The notes under the pieces: generated by a model
The model's database searches: none
What the model was told of the DNA's origin: nothing
Seen by the model: the letters and a program-made list of their open reading frames with translations, nothing else
Origin: Spirochaetota bacterium
Lineage (GTDB): Bacteria; Spirochaetota; UBA4802; UBA5550
Length of the DNA stretch: 64,000 nucleotides
NCBI GenBank assembly: GCA_050298055.1
Contig: JBNKTL010000006.1
Coordinates: forward strand, 70,280 to 134,279
Direction of reading: 5' to 3'
In this document: positions 19,300 to 28,539 of the stretch, piece after piece
How the letters are laid out: every line of letters begins with the position of its first letter
How positions within the stretch are numbered: the stretch's first letter is position 1
Translations under genes and position numbers: made by a program

Positions 19300-22200
19300 G
19301 AACCGTCCCCCCTCCGCAACCGGCCGGCTACCTGCATCTCCATGCTGAAGAGCGCGGGGATAAGAACAAGGGTCACCAGTGTACCGAAGATAAGGCCCCA
19401 CGCCAGGGCAAGCATCATCTCGGCCAGCATGGAGTCATATCCCGCGAAACCGTAAGCAGTGGGGAAAAGTGCAACAACCGTGGTTATGGTGGTAAGGAGG
19501 ACCGCCCGGAGCCTCGTGGATGTAATGCCGGCGATCTCCCTGTCCGAAGACTCCCTGTCACCGAACTCCCCGTATCCTCCCGCAAGCCTGTTAAGAAGGA
19601 TCACCGCGTCGTTTACCACCACACCGGAAAGCCCCAGTATCCCCACGACTCCAAAAAACCCGTAGGTGGACATCCCGTGAAGCCAGAAAACAACAAAGAC
19701 CCACGCCGCGGCCGGGATGATCGCGGTCATAACCATAAGCGGTTTGTGCAGGGAGTTAAACTGCATAGCAAGAACAATATAGATCAGGAAGAGGACCATC
19801 CCGATACTGAAAGCAAAAACACCCGAGGACTCCCTGCTCAGCTTGATCTCTCCGTCGTAGGAGAAGAAGGTCCCCGGATAGTCCGAAGAGAGCTCCGGGA
19901 AGACATCTCTCTCCAGTTCATCGGCAACATCCAGGGGTGTGCGCCTGACCCCTTCATCGAGATCGGCATAGATCCTGAGTATCCTCCTGTGGTCCAGTCT
20001 CTTTATCTCCACCGGGGAGGGGGTCTTTTCCATCCTCACCAGACTGCTCAGGGGGACCATGTAATCCTCCCGGTTGCGAACCGGGATATTGAGAACGGAG
20101 TTGATCTTCCCCTTCTCCCTGTCGGGGAAGGTTATCTTCACGTTCTTCTCCTCTGTCCCCAGAAGAAGCTTGTAGAGGATAGTTCCTTCCAGCCCTGTCC
20201 GGAGAGCGGTGCCGATGTCCTTTGCGCTCACTTCCAGTTTCCTCACAAGCTCGTTGTTGAGGGACACCCTGTATTCCGGGCTGGGATACGGCTTGTCGAT
20301 CTCAACGTTTTTTACACCGCGCATGGCTTTCATGGAGGCGGCAAGTTTGTCAGCAACCCTGTTCCCGGTCACTTGATCATCCTGGTGGACAATAACCTCA
20401 ATGGGGCTCCCGCTGCTCGAACCGAACCTGTGCTGGGCAAACCGCACATAATTGAACCCCTTTATCTTCTCAACCTCCCTGTTCCACTCGGCTGTGAGTT
20501 TCTTCAGGGATTTTTCCCTTTTATCAGCGGGGACGAGCTCAACCCTCAGGTAGACCATGTTCTCCCTGTCTGTCCCCCTGAACCGCTTCTGCCCCACATA
20601 TGTCCGGAAGCCAATCACCTCTTTTCCGAGATAGGGTATAAAAAGGGCTTCGATCTGTTCGGCCATCTTTGCGGTCTTATACTTGCGGCTGCCGGGAGGC
20701 GCCTCGGCATTCATAAAGATCTCGGTTGTTTCCTCCCGGGGGAAAAGGGCAAAGTGCATCTGGGTCCTGAACAGCATGAGAGCACCTGCCGTAAAAATGA
20801 TAAAAAAGAGGAGGATAAAGATCCGGTGTTTCAGCATCCGGCTCAGTAAACGGGAATACCACTCCTCTACGGCATAAAACCAGTGGTCCCCGGCCGGCGG
20901 CAGACTTTTTTTCTCCCTCCCCTTTTGAAAAATCCTGGCCGGGAAAGAAAATATTCTTCCCAGCCAGGGCGGCAGTGCAAGATGGAGATGTCCCGGAAGA
21001 ATTATTATCGATTCGATAAATGACCCTGCAAGCATAATGGAGACAATAGGGGGTATTGAACCGGCAAGGATAGAGAGCCTTCCCTCAAATGCCAGGAGGG
21101 GAAGGAACGCCGCAATGGTGGTCAGGATACTCGCGGTTATGGGGGACAAAACCGAATGTGTCCCCTCAACCACCGCCCGGTGAAGAGGAACACCCGACGC
21201 CTGAAGTCTCATGACATTCTCCGATACGACGATTGCATCATCAACGATCATTCCCATTGCAATAATAACCGCGGCAAGGGTCATATTGTTGATGGTATAG
21301 CCGAAATACCCGGCAAAGACCATTGAAAAACAGAAGGTGAAAGGAATCCCCATGGCCACCCAGAAACCGGCCCTGAAGTTAAGAAAGAGAAAAAGAACTA
21401 TCAGTATAAGGATAAAACCTATCGCCCCGTTATAGCCGATAATGGAGAGCCTGTTCCTCACGTCCCGGGACTCATCGTCCAGGTGGACAATTCTCAGGCT
21501 GCTCCCCTCCGGAAGGCTTTTTTTGAAGAGATCTATCTCCCTCTTCACCGAGTCAACAGAGGAAATAATGTCTGCAGCGCTGTTCTTTACCGCGTTAAGG
21601 ACCACGGCCTCCCTGCCGTTTATTTTCAGAAAACCGGTACTCTTTTCAAAACCGTCACGAATACGGGCAATATCCGAGAGCCTGATAAAACGTCCGTCGA
21701 ACCCTCCCTGCACAATAAGTGACTCAAACTCCTTCACCGTATCCAGTTCGGCATCCAGTGTGACCCTCTCCTCGTCAACGCTCTCAAGGGAACCCGCGGG
21801 CCTCCGGACACTTGTCTTTTTTATCTCTTCGATCACCGTATTTATGGGTATCCGGTAGGAAACAAGCCTGCCGGGATCAAGAAGTATCTGGAACTCCTCC
21901 TGCAGGTAGCCCCGCCTGTTTATGCTGTTGATCTCGGGAAGCATGAGGAAACGCTGCTCAAGTATCTGCGCATGATGCTGCAGTTTCTTTCTTTTATCGA
22001 TTGTAAGATACGGCGAATCTTCAAAATAAAGGCCGATATCAATTATCGCTTTTCTTGATGTCTTGAACTGCCTGATTTCAGGGAGTTCATCCACCTCATC
22101 GGGAAGGTTTACACTGTAAACAGTGTTCCTGATTTCGGTTATGACAGTGTCCCTGGCGCCTTCGTCCTCATCCATCTCAACCACGATTGACGAAGTCCCC

Positions 22201-22472
22201 TCGGAACTGGTACTCTCTATCTTTACAATCCCACTGACCGATTTCAGCTCTTTCTCAATGGGACGGGTAATAAAGTACTCCACTTCGCCTGCGGAAGCAC
22301 CGGGATAAAGTGTTGTTATTCTGACAAAGTCCAGTGTGAAGTCGGGCATCTCCGCCTTCCTGGTAGTCCCCCAGAAATATATTCCCCCGATACAGATCGC
22401 AATAAATATGAAATTTGAAAATATATGCTTCTGTGAAAAAAACTCAATTATTCTCTTCATCAATTGTCTCAT
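19296..22472 (-). CDS. RND efflux permease (AcrB/CusA-like)
   Basis: 1058 aa; YPGASAGEVE, GMIVDDAIVVSEN and RLRAVLLTT motifs. Confidence 0.95.
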   Translation of the reverse strand: MRQLMKRIIEFFSQKHIFSNFIFIAICIGGIYFWGTTRKAEMPDFTLDFVRITTLYPGASAGEVEYFITRPIEKELKSVSGIVKIESTSSEGTSSIVVEMDEDEGARDTVITEIRNTVYSVNLPDEVDELPEIRQFKTSRKAIIDIGLYFEDSPYLTIDKRKKLQHHAQILEQRFLMLPEINSINRRGYLQEEFQILLDPGRLVSYRIPINTVIEEIKKTSVRRPAGSLESVDEERVTLDAELDTVKEFESLIVQGGFDGRFIRLSDIARIRDGFEKSTGFLKINGREAVVLNAVKNSAADIISSVDSVKREIDLFKKSLPEGSSLRIVHLDDESRDVRNRLSIIGYNGAIGFILILIVLFLFLNFRAGFWVAMGIPFTFCFSMVFAGYFGYTINNMTLAAVIIAMGMIVDDAIVVSENVMRLQASGVPLHRAVVEGTHSVLSPITASILTTIAAFLPLLAFEGRLSILAGSIPPIVSIMLAGSFIESIIILPGHLHLALPPWLGRIFSFPARIFQKGREKKSLPPAGDHWFYAVEEWYSRLLSRMLKHRIFILLFFIIFTAGALMLFRTQMHFALFPREETTEIFMNAEAPPGSRKYKTAKMAEQIEALFIPYLGKEVIGFRTYVGQKRFRGTDRENMVYLRVELVPADKREKSLKKLTAEWNREVEKIKGFNYVRFAQHRFGSSSGSPIEVIVHQDDQVTGNRVADKLAASMKAMRGVKNVEIDKPYPSPEYRVSLNNELVRKLEVSAKDIGTALRTGLEGTILYKLLLGTEEKNVKITFPDREKGKINSVLNIPVRNREDYMVPLSSLVRMEKTPSPVEIKRLDHRRILRIYADLDEGVRRTPLDVADELERDVFPELSSDYPGTFFSYDGEIKLSRESSGVFAFSIGMVLFLIYIVLAMQFNSLHKPLMVMTAIIPAAAWVFVVFWLHGMSTYGFFGVVGILGLSGVVVNDAVILLNRLAGGYGEFGDRESSDREIAGITSTRLRAVLLTTITTVVALFPTAYGFAGYDSMLAEMMLALAWGLIFGTLVTLVLIPALFSMEMQVAGRLRRGDGS

Positions 22473-22652
22473 TCATCCGGGAGAAAAAGTCAGCACATGG
22501 CTGTTTCTAAGAAACATGAAACCGTTTCCGGGTTTCAAAAAAACCTTCCGAAAAATATTTTATCGATATAACACCGGAAGTAACCGGTGATATATTAAGT
22601 TTAATATATTTGCACACTACGGTTTTAAATCAAATAATATTTCACTTTTTTT

Positions 22653-22790
22653 GTTACTACTCAGTTATATGGCCATAATCAGCTTATATACTAAAATATC
22701 AACAATATGTTCCCGCCGCCCAAGGCGGCGGGAACATATCAGTTATCTTTTTAAATGAACTGTTTGATGATGTAGCTATAAACGGTTTAA
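22653..22790. mobile_element. Fold-back MITE-like element, copy 2
   Basis: Left end GTTACTACTCAGTTAT; core ATATGTTCCCGCCGCC-caa-GGCGGCGGGAACATAT (22705-22739); right end degenerate, so the end coordinate is approximate. Confidence 0.85.
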
Positions 22791-22813
22791 TATGCAGGAG
22801 AAGATATTTTTTC

Positions 22814-22842
22814 TTGACATCTCAGAGAACCGTCCGTATATT
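22814..22842 (+). promoter_or_regulatory. Putative sigma70 promoter of the O-methyltransferase
   Basis: TTGACA-17-TATATT, about 200 bp upstream of the ATG. Confidence 0.5.
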
Positions 22843-23042
22843 CTACGTAAGCAGCAAGAAAAACCCGGCCTTACATTATCCAACACCCCCTTAACATCGT
22901 AAACACGTGCGTTCCCTTCATATTTTATTTATCTTCACACCTTCAATACAACTCAGTCAATCCGCCCCATCTATTAATCCCCATTAATTTAAGAGTTTAT
23001 GATGCACATCGCATACTCATTATACTACTCAAGGAGTTTATT

Positions 23043-24050
23043 ATGGACACAAAAAAAGAAAAATTACAGCAGCAGCTCATGCAGCTGATTGTCTCAAACT
23101 GGATCAGCAGGCTTGTCTTCACAGCCATATATCTTGGAATCCCTGATCTTCTTTCAGGGGACCCGTTCACAATTGAAAAAATTGCAAAAGAGTGCAGATG
23201 TCAACCGGAGCAACTCTACAGGATGATGAGGGCACTGGCCGAAGCCGGTTTTTTTACTGAAAACAGGGATAGATCCTTTACCCATTCACCTCTCTCCAAA
23301 ATGTTAAGATCCGATACCATGGGACCAATTGTCAGGATGTTTCTTGACCGGTGGCACAATGCAGCCTGGGACATGCTCCCCCGGGCCGTTGTGACAGGAG
23401 AATGCGGATTCCGGTCTGCTCACGGAAAAGACGCTTTTACCTGGTTTAAAGAGAATCCTGAAGAGGGGGATATCTATCAACAGGCAAACAGCCTCAAGGC
23501 TGCCATCCTTTCAGAGAAGTTAGCGGGAAGCTACAGTTTCAGGGATGGCGAAACCATTATTGATATCGGGGGCGGCTATGGCAACATCCTGATTGGCCTG
23601 CTTGACTCCAATAAAACACTCAAAGGCATCATTGCCGACCTCCCCCCTGTTATCAAAAGGGCAGAGACCTTCATAAAAAAGCATGGCCTTCATGAGAGAT
23701 GCAGGGCAGTTGAGTGCGACTTCTTTCATGAGGTCCCTGCAGGGGGAGATACAATTATCCTCTGTAATATACTCCATGACTGGGATGATGAGAAGGCCGG
23801 TTTGATACTTGAAAACTGCAGAAAAGCCATGAAAAGAGGATCAAAACTTCTGGTTTTGGAAATGATTTTACCCGCTGACAGGAGACCTTCATTTTCACAG
23901 CTTATGGATATTGAGGTCATGGTTATGGGTAACGGGCGTGAAAGGAGTGAGGAGGAGTTCAGGATACTGCTTCATAAAGCAGGATTCTCTCTTCGGACAA
24001 TAATTCCCCTTGGCGGGGAAACTTTCCTCATTGAATCTGCGGAAAAGTAA
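23043..24050 (+). CDS. SAM-dependent O-methyltransferase (COMT-type with dimerisation domain)
   Basis: IIDIGGGYG, CDFF.EVP.GGD, NILHDWDDE and GRERSEEEF motifs. Confidence 0.92.
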   Translation: MDTKKEKLQQQLMQLIVSNWISRLVFTAIYLGIPDLLSGDPFTIEKIAKECRCQPEQLYRMMRALAEAGFFTENRDRSFTHSPLSKMLRSDTMGPIVRMFLDRWHNAAWDMLPRAVVTGECGFRSAHGKDAFTWFKENPEEGDIYQQANSLKAAILSEKLAGSYSFRDGETIIDIGGGYGNILIGLLDSNKTLKGIIADLPPVIKRAETFIKKHGLHERCRAVECDFFHEVPAGGDTIILCNILHDWDDEKAGLILENCRKAMKRGSKLLVLEMILPADRRPSFSQLMDIEVMVMGNGRERSEEEFRILLHKAGFSLRTIIPLGGETFLIESAEK

Positions 24051-24608
24051 TCAGGTCACCCGGTAGACATAGATGATGTTGTCGTACAGCTTGTCAATTT
24101 CATGAACGGCAACAGGCTCCCAGCCGTCGACCGGAAAAGTATTGCACATAATAACTGTTCCCGGTCTGAGCTCCTTCTCAAATTTTCCCTTAAGCCTCTT
24201 CATTCCGCCGGGATGAAGATAGCATAAAACCAGTGAAGCATCCTCCAGGGACGCCTTATGGAAGTTTTTTCTGTACAGAGTAAGATTTTTCCGCGGTGTG
24301 ATGAGTTTTTTGATTAAAGAATAGAGCCAGGGGACAGGGGAAATTTCATATGCAGCAACCGGTACCGAGGGAAATTTTCCGGCAACGGGAAAAGCAAGTG
24401 TTCCCCATCCGGAACCGAGTTCAAAGATACTTCCGGTATTGATATCAGGAATATTTTCAAGAAAGAGGTTCCTCACCCTTCTTGATGTGGGAACAGGTGA
24501 TATTCCCGTATAAAAAGAGTAAATGAGCATCAGTACAATCAAAACAATTTCAATAATAAAAAAAATAAACAGTCCGGACATAGAATCAACAGAAAACAGA
24601 ATAGCCAC
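24051..24608 (-). CDS. Membrane-anchored class I SAM methyltransferase
   Basis: N-terminal TM helix, PVPTS, ELGSGWG, YEISP and LCYL motifs. Confidence 0.85.
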   Translation of the reverse strand: MAILFSVDSMSGLFIFFIIEIVLIVLMLIYSFYTGISPVPTSRRVRNLFLENIPDINTGSIFELGSGWGTLAFPVAGKFPSVPVAAYEISPVPWLYSLIKKLITPRKNLTLYRKNFHKASLEDASLVLCYLHPGGMKRLKGKFEKELRPGTVIMCNTFPVDGWEPVAVHEIDKLYDNIIYVYRVT

Positions 24609-24870
24609 ACAGGGTAAACGGCATACTGCTTCAAAAAATAATTTCTGATAATACTGATTTGCAGGCCTTAAAGAAGTATAAAATTAATTTTTATAATGTA
24701 AAAGAGAAGATTATGAGAATTAAAATTAGACAATTTAAATATCCAAACCAATAAACAGATAACAGGGAGACAGTATTTATACACACTGCAGTGTCAAGAA
24801 TAATTATTGACACAGGATAAGAATTTAAAGGAAAATAATAAAGATTTAATTCATCTCACAGGAGGCTTTT

Positions 24871-25053
24871 ATGGATGAGTTCAGGACATGTCCTGCCTGC
24901 GGCTACGGCAGAGGTTTTCATATATCATTCAGAAAGGAGGAAGATACATTCAGGATAATTTTCATATGTCCTGAATGCGGTTCCTCATTTGACCTGGGGC
25001 TTTTCCAGCAGGGATTAAAGGAGATCAACCCGGTGAAGGGTGAGACATACTGA
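24871..25053 (+). CDS. Small zinc-ribbon protein
   Basis: CPACGY...CPECGS; GGAGG RBS. Confidence 0.75.
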   Translation: MDEFRTCPACGYGRGFHISFRKEEDTFRIIFICPECGSSFDLGLFQQGLKEINPVKGETY

Positions 25054-25143
25054 CTTTCCTGCTGCCCTGCCAGGGACTTCTTTTGGTGACCGGAAAATTA
25101 TCCGTACAGGGATTCAGCAGAATATGAAGGAAGATTTTTAAGC

Positions 25144-26052
25144 ATGAATACCGATACCATTGACTTTATACGTTCGGTCCTGCCCCGGGGACGGACCCTT
25201 TTTTACAGCTTTCCCGACCGCTATGCGCTGTTGCTCCTTGAACACGCCATGAAAAAAGAGGAATACTCAATCAGCAGGCTCAAATCGTCCCGCTTCGCTC
25301 CGCTTCTGGAGAAAAAAATCGTTAAGGAGGTCCTGGCACGGCAGGGGGGAGGGAAACTGAAAGCCGATGATCTTAAAGAGTGGTGGCCGCCCCGGCCGGA
25401 AGCATACCGGCTGACCCTGGGGACCTGGCCCGACCTGGACAAAAAGCCGGGAAAATCCTGGAGCCAGGTTACCCGCTGGGGCTGGAACCTTGTGCTGCAG
25501 CTAAACTTCGATGCGTCACATAAACGCCGGCTGAAAGAGCTGGTCCCGGACTGGGAGGGACTTATAGAGTACAGCGACCATCCTATTGCAGATGGGAATG
25601 AACTGACCCTTGCCTGGTCACGAATAGACCTTGATCTTGATACCGGCGAAGCGCTTATTGAGGAGATCCAGTCTGACTGGGTACGGGACGTGAAGTCAGT
25701 TGCCCGTGAAGACTACTGGAACAATAATGAAGCATGGAACCGGTATTTTGAAGATGTTCTCCAGCCGGAAACAAAGCGCTGGGCTGAAACAATGCTTACC
25801 GCCACTCTCTGGTTCCTCCTGAACGAGATCGGTATCCGGAGCATTTTTTATCATACATTTGAAACCGGCAGCAAATTAAAGAACATCCGGGAGTGGCAGC
25901 CACCGAGGTCACTCTACACCGATCTCCCGAAAAAGTTCTGTTTTGAAATCACCCACAACGGTCCCCTCTTTATCAGGGACTCCGCAAAACGTGACCTTCG
26001 ACATTCTTTTATCGACCCCGAAACCCGGTGGTATCTCCTTGAATTTAACTGA
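25144..26052 (+). CDS. Conserved hypothetical protein with an LIEEIQSDW motif
   Basis: 302-aa ORF with RBS; WSRID...ALIEEIQSDW...LYTDLPKK pattern. Confidence 0.75.
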   Translation: MNTDTIDFIRSVLPRGRTLFYSFPDRYALLLLEHAMKKEEYSISRLKSSRFAPLLEKKIVKEVLARQGGGKLKADDLKEWWPPRPEAYRLTLGTWPDLDKKPGKSWSQVTRWGWNLVLQLNFDASHKRRLKELVPDWEGLIEYSDHPIADGNELTLAWSRIDLDLDTGEALIEEIQSDWVRDVKSVAREDYWNNNEAWNRYFEDVLQPETKRWAETMLTATLWFLLNEIGIRSIFYHTFETGSKLKNIREWQPPRSLYTDLPKKFCFEITHNGPLFIRDSAKRDLRHSFIDPETRWYLLEFN

Positions 26053-26059
26053 ATGCTTA

Positions 26060-26199
26060 ATTACTGCTCAGCTCTATGGCTATAACCAACCTGTTTATTA
26101 AAATATCAACAATATATCCCCCGCCTCCCAAGGCGGCGGGAAGATAGCAGTTATTTGATTAATGAATATGATAATTCCTGTGCGAAGTTTGAGTAGTAC
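26060..26199. mobile_element. Fold-back MITE-like element, copy 3 (degenerate core)
   Basis: Ends ATTACTGCTCAGC ... TGAGTAGTAC; flanks AATGCTTA / AATCTTTA (6/8, a possible 8-bp TSD). Confidence 0.8.
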
Positions 26200-26204
26200 A
26201 ATCT

Positions 26205-27407
26205 TTATTTCAAATAGACAAGACGTATGGTATCCAGCAGGTCAGTTGAAATCTCAACACTTTTTGGATTGAGAGATTCATCGCTGAAATGTGTCTTTGC
26301 ACTATTGAGGCCGGAAAGTGATGAAAACTTCAGGTCCAGAGTATAATTGCTCTCTTTCGGCAAAGGACCCAGGACAAAACCATCAGTACAGCATCCGGAC
26401 CATTTAAAACCAATATCTGATGCTCCCAGACTGTCATCCCAGGTCCAGTTATTATCCTCACTGTCATCTCTGACAACAAAGGAGAGCCCCCTGTCAGCAA
26501 GACCTTCACTTGTTAAATTAACGTCCGCCGCCCCCCCGGAACCGTCCAGGGCCGCATCGAATACTACAACAAGATAATCCTCTTCATTCATATCCTGAAG
26601 AATAAAAGTCTGAATAACATTACTTTCATTAAGAATAATATCACCGTTATAAGATCTCCAATTGGTATCTCCGTAGGAATAATAATCAACAGCTGTTCTA
26701 TTGTTAACAATAACAGGAAAGTCATAGGATGCAACCAGGCTGCCATTATAGTAAACCTGGTATTTTTTTTGAAAAAGTCTATGTGTAAAGTAAGTGGCCC
26801 AGCATTTTCCCGGGAAATCAAAACCTTCTGCCCAGGCTGGTTGAATTCTTAGGTGAGAACACTTTTCATGGCGGCGCTCTTCAGTTTCGTTTATTTTTAC
26901 CAGGGCGTGTGCTGCTATGAAGAGATCACTCCCCGCCTCAAAATTCTTCTCCTGAATACTTATTTTATATGTGTATTCATTTACTTTCTTTGTATGCCAT
27001 GTTTTGAATTCAAATCTGCAAAGTTTCGGGTTGCCATTTTTTGTCTGCGGAATCGCTTCCAGGCTGCTTTCAACTGCCAGATAGGTCATGAGCAGTGTTG
27101 AGGTTGAACTGAACTTCACATACAGATAACGGGTATCATTCCATACAACTACATCTCCGAGGTCCCGGTCCCCTCTTGTACGAAGATCAGCCACGGTCTG
27201 AAGTTCTATGACTTCCGGGAAAAGGGAACCTGTTTCATCTTCACTCTGATCACCCGGCATATCAGAAGAATTTGAACCATCAGCATGCTCATCCACTGTT
27301 GTTCTGCCGGTATTGTCACCCTGTTTTCCCTCTGAATGATAATCACAGGCGGCAACAAACAAATTCATTATAACAATAGTTATAATTAAAAAGGATATTT
27401 TTTTCAT
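26205..27407 (-). CDS. Hypothetical lipoprotein
   Basis: MKKISFLII...FVAAC lipobox, acidic linker, then beta-rich domains. Confidence 0.75.
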   Translation of the reverse strand: MKKISFLIITIVIMNLFVAACDYHSEGKQGDNTGRTTVDEHADGSNSSDMPGDQSEDETGSLFPEVIELQTVADLRTRGDRDLGDVVVWNDTRYLYVKFSSTSTLLMTYLAVESSLEAIPQTKNGNPKLCRFEFKTWHTKKVNEYTYKISIQEKNFEAGSDLFIAAHALVKINETEERRHEKCSHLRIQPAWAEGFDFPGKCWATYFTHRLFQKKYQVYYNGSLVASYDFPVIVNNRTAVDYYSYGDTNWRSYNGDIILNESNVIQTFILQDMNEEDYLVVVFDAALDGSGGAADVNLTSEGLADRGLSFVVRDDSEDNNWTWDDSLGASDIGFKWSGCCTDGFVLGPLPKESNYTLDLKFSSLSGLNSAKTHFSDESLNPKSVEISTDLLDTIRLVYLK

Positions 27408-27615
27408 TTTACACTTATACTCTTGCTTGCGAATCAAAAGTTTTTTTCATTGATTTTTTATTGTAAAGATAGCTCCCGGAAAGGAATTTTCAAGCATACC
27501 GAAGTAATTTTTTCTGTCAAGAACAATTTCTCATAATTCGATCCTTCTTTTCCCTTAAAATAAGAGACTCCATCATGAAATAATATAAGACTTTATATGA
27601 CATTTTCAAGTGTGA

Positions 27616-27673
27616 TGTAATGAACGCTACAGAGAGTGTAATAAACGCTACATAAAATGTAATGAATGACATG
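27616..27673. promoter_or_regulatory. Three direct repeats at a 21-bp period (candidate activator sites)
   Basis: TGTAATGAACGCTACA (27616), TGTAATAAACGCTACA (27637) and TGTAATGAATGACATG (27658), in a divergent intergenic region. Confidence 0.6.
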
Positions 27674-27921
27674 CAGTTGAAAAAATCTTTTTCAGACCCC
27701 TGTTTACGGATATTTGTTGACAATATATGTTTACCTGTTATTCTTTTCAAACTTTCCGGTTTAGTGATTCAACTTTTATACTGAAAGTGAAATAGATCTT
27801 TTCAGTTACCCCGTAGCTGAAAATGTCAGGTAAAGAACAGTATAATTGTCGCAGAATTATACATTTATTCATAGCCGGGTTGTTAACAATTTACTTCAAT
27901 ATTACCAGGGAGGTAAGTTCC

Positions 27922-28527
27922 ATGTTCAGGTATAGCCCCAGAAAAAATCCCGTTTCTCTTCTTCCAATTTTTGTCATTTTTCTCCTCTTTTCGTTCACTG
28001 CCACTCCTCTTTTTTCCAGCAACCTCTCCGAAGCAAAAAGACTCCGGGAAAAATGCGAGAAGGAGATCAAAATCCTTGAAATTGCAGTAATGAATTTTGG
28101 AGACACGTCCGATCATGACAATTTTAAAAAAGGAACAAAGCTGGTAAAACTGGGAAAGGTCAAGTTCGTCCAGTCGAAATATCCCGAAGCAATTGAAAAA
28201 TATAAAAGTTATCTTAAACTGCAGTTTTACCTCTATGAGAGCCTGGCGAAAAAATATTCCTCAAGAACGGCAAAACTGGTAGATGATATAGCGGAAGACC
28301 TGGTTGACCATGTTGACAATAAAAAAGTGGAAAAGTATCTAAGGCTTGCAAGTCAAAACGTTAAGGACGGAAAATCCACTCTGCTCAATAAACACTATAA
28401 AAACTCTATCGGCCTTTTTAGAAACGCAAAAAATTATGCTATTCAATCATATAAACTGGTCGGGAAAAGTATCCCCGATCAATACAAAAAAGACATGGCG
28501 GATATTGACGGCAGGATATTTAAATAA
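27922..28527 (+). CDS. Hypothetical secreted helical protein
   Basis: GGAGG RBS before ATG 27922; signal peptide; all-alpha pattern. Confidence 0.7.
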   Translation: MFRYSPRKNPVSLLPIFVIFLLFSFTATPLFSSNLSEAKRLREKCEKEIKILEIAVMNFGDTSDHDNFKKGTKLVKLGKVKFVQSKYPEAIEKYKSYLKLQFYLYESLAKKYSSRTAKLVDDIAEDLVDHVDNKKVEKYLRLASQNVKDGKSTLLNKHYKNSIGLFRNAKNYAIQSYKLVGKSIPDQYKKDMADIDGRIFK

Positions 28528-28539
28528 AGGCAGTCTTTT

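Noticed and set aside
19677..20849. Long alternative ORFs (e.g. 19677..20849 +, 14386..15219 -, 60191..60958 -, 52868..53518 +)
   Set aside because: Antisense shadows of well-supported genes, with no motifs or RBS.
22843..23042. Riboswitch in the long leader of the O-methyltransferase
   Set aside because: No recognisable aptamer motif or terminator by eye; an Rfam scan is needed to exclude it fully.
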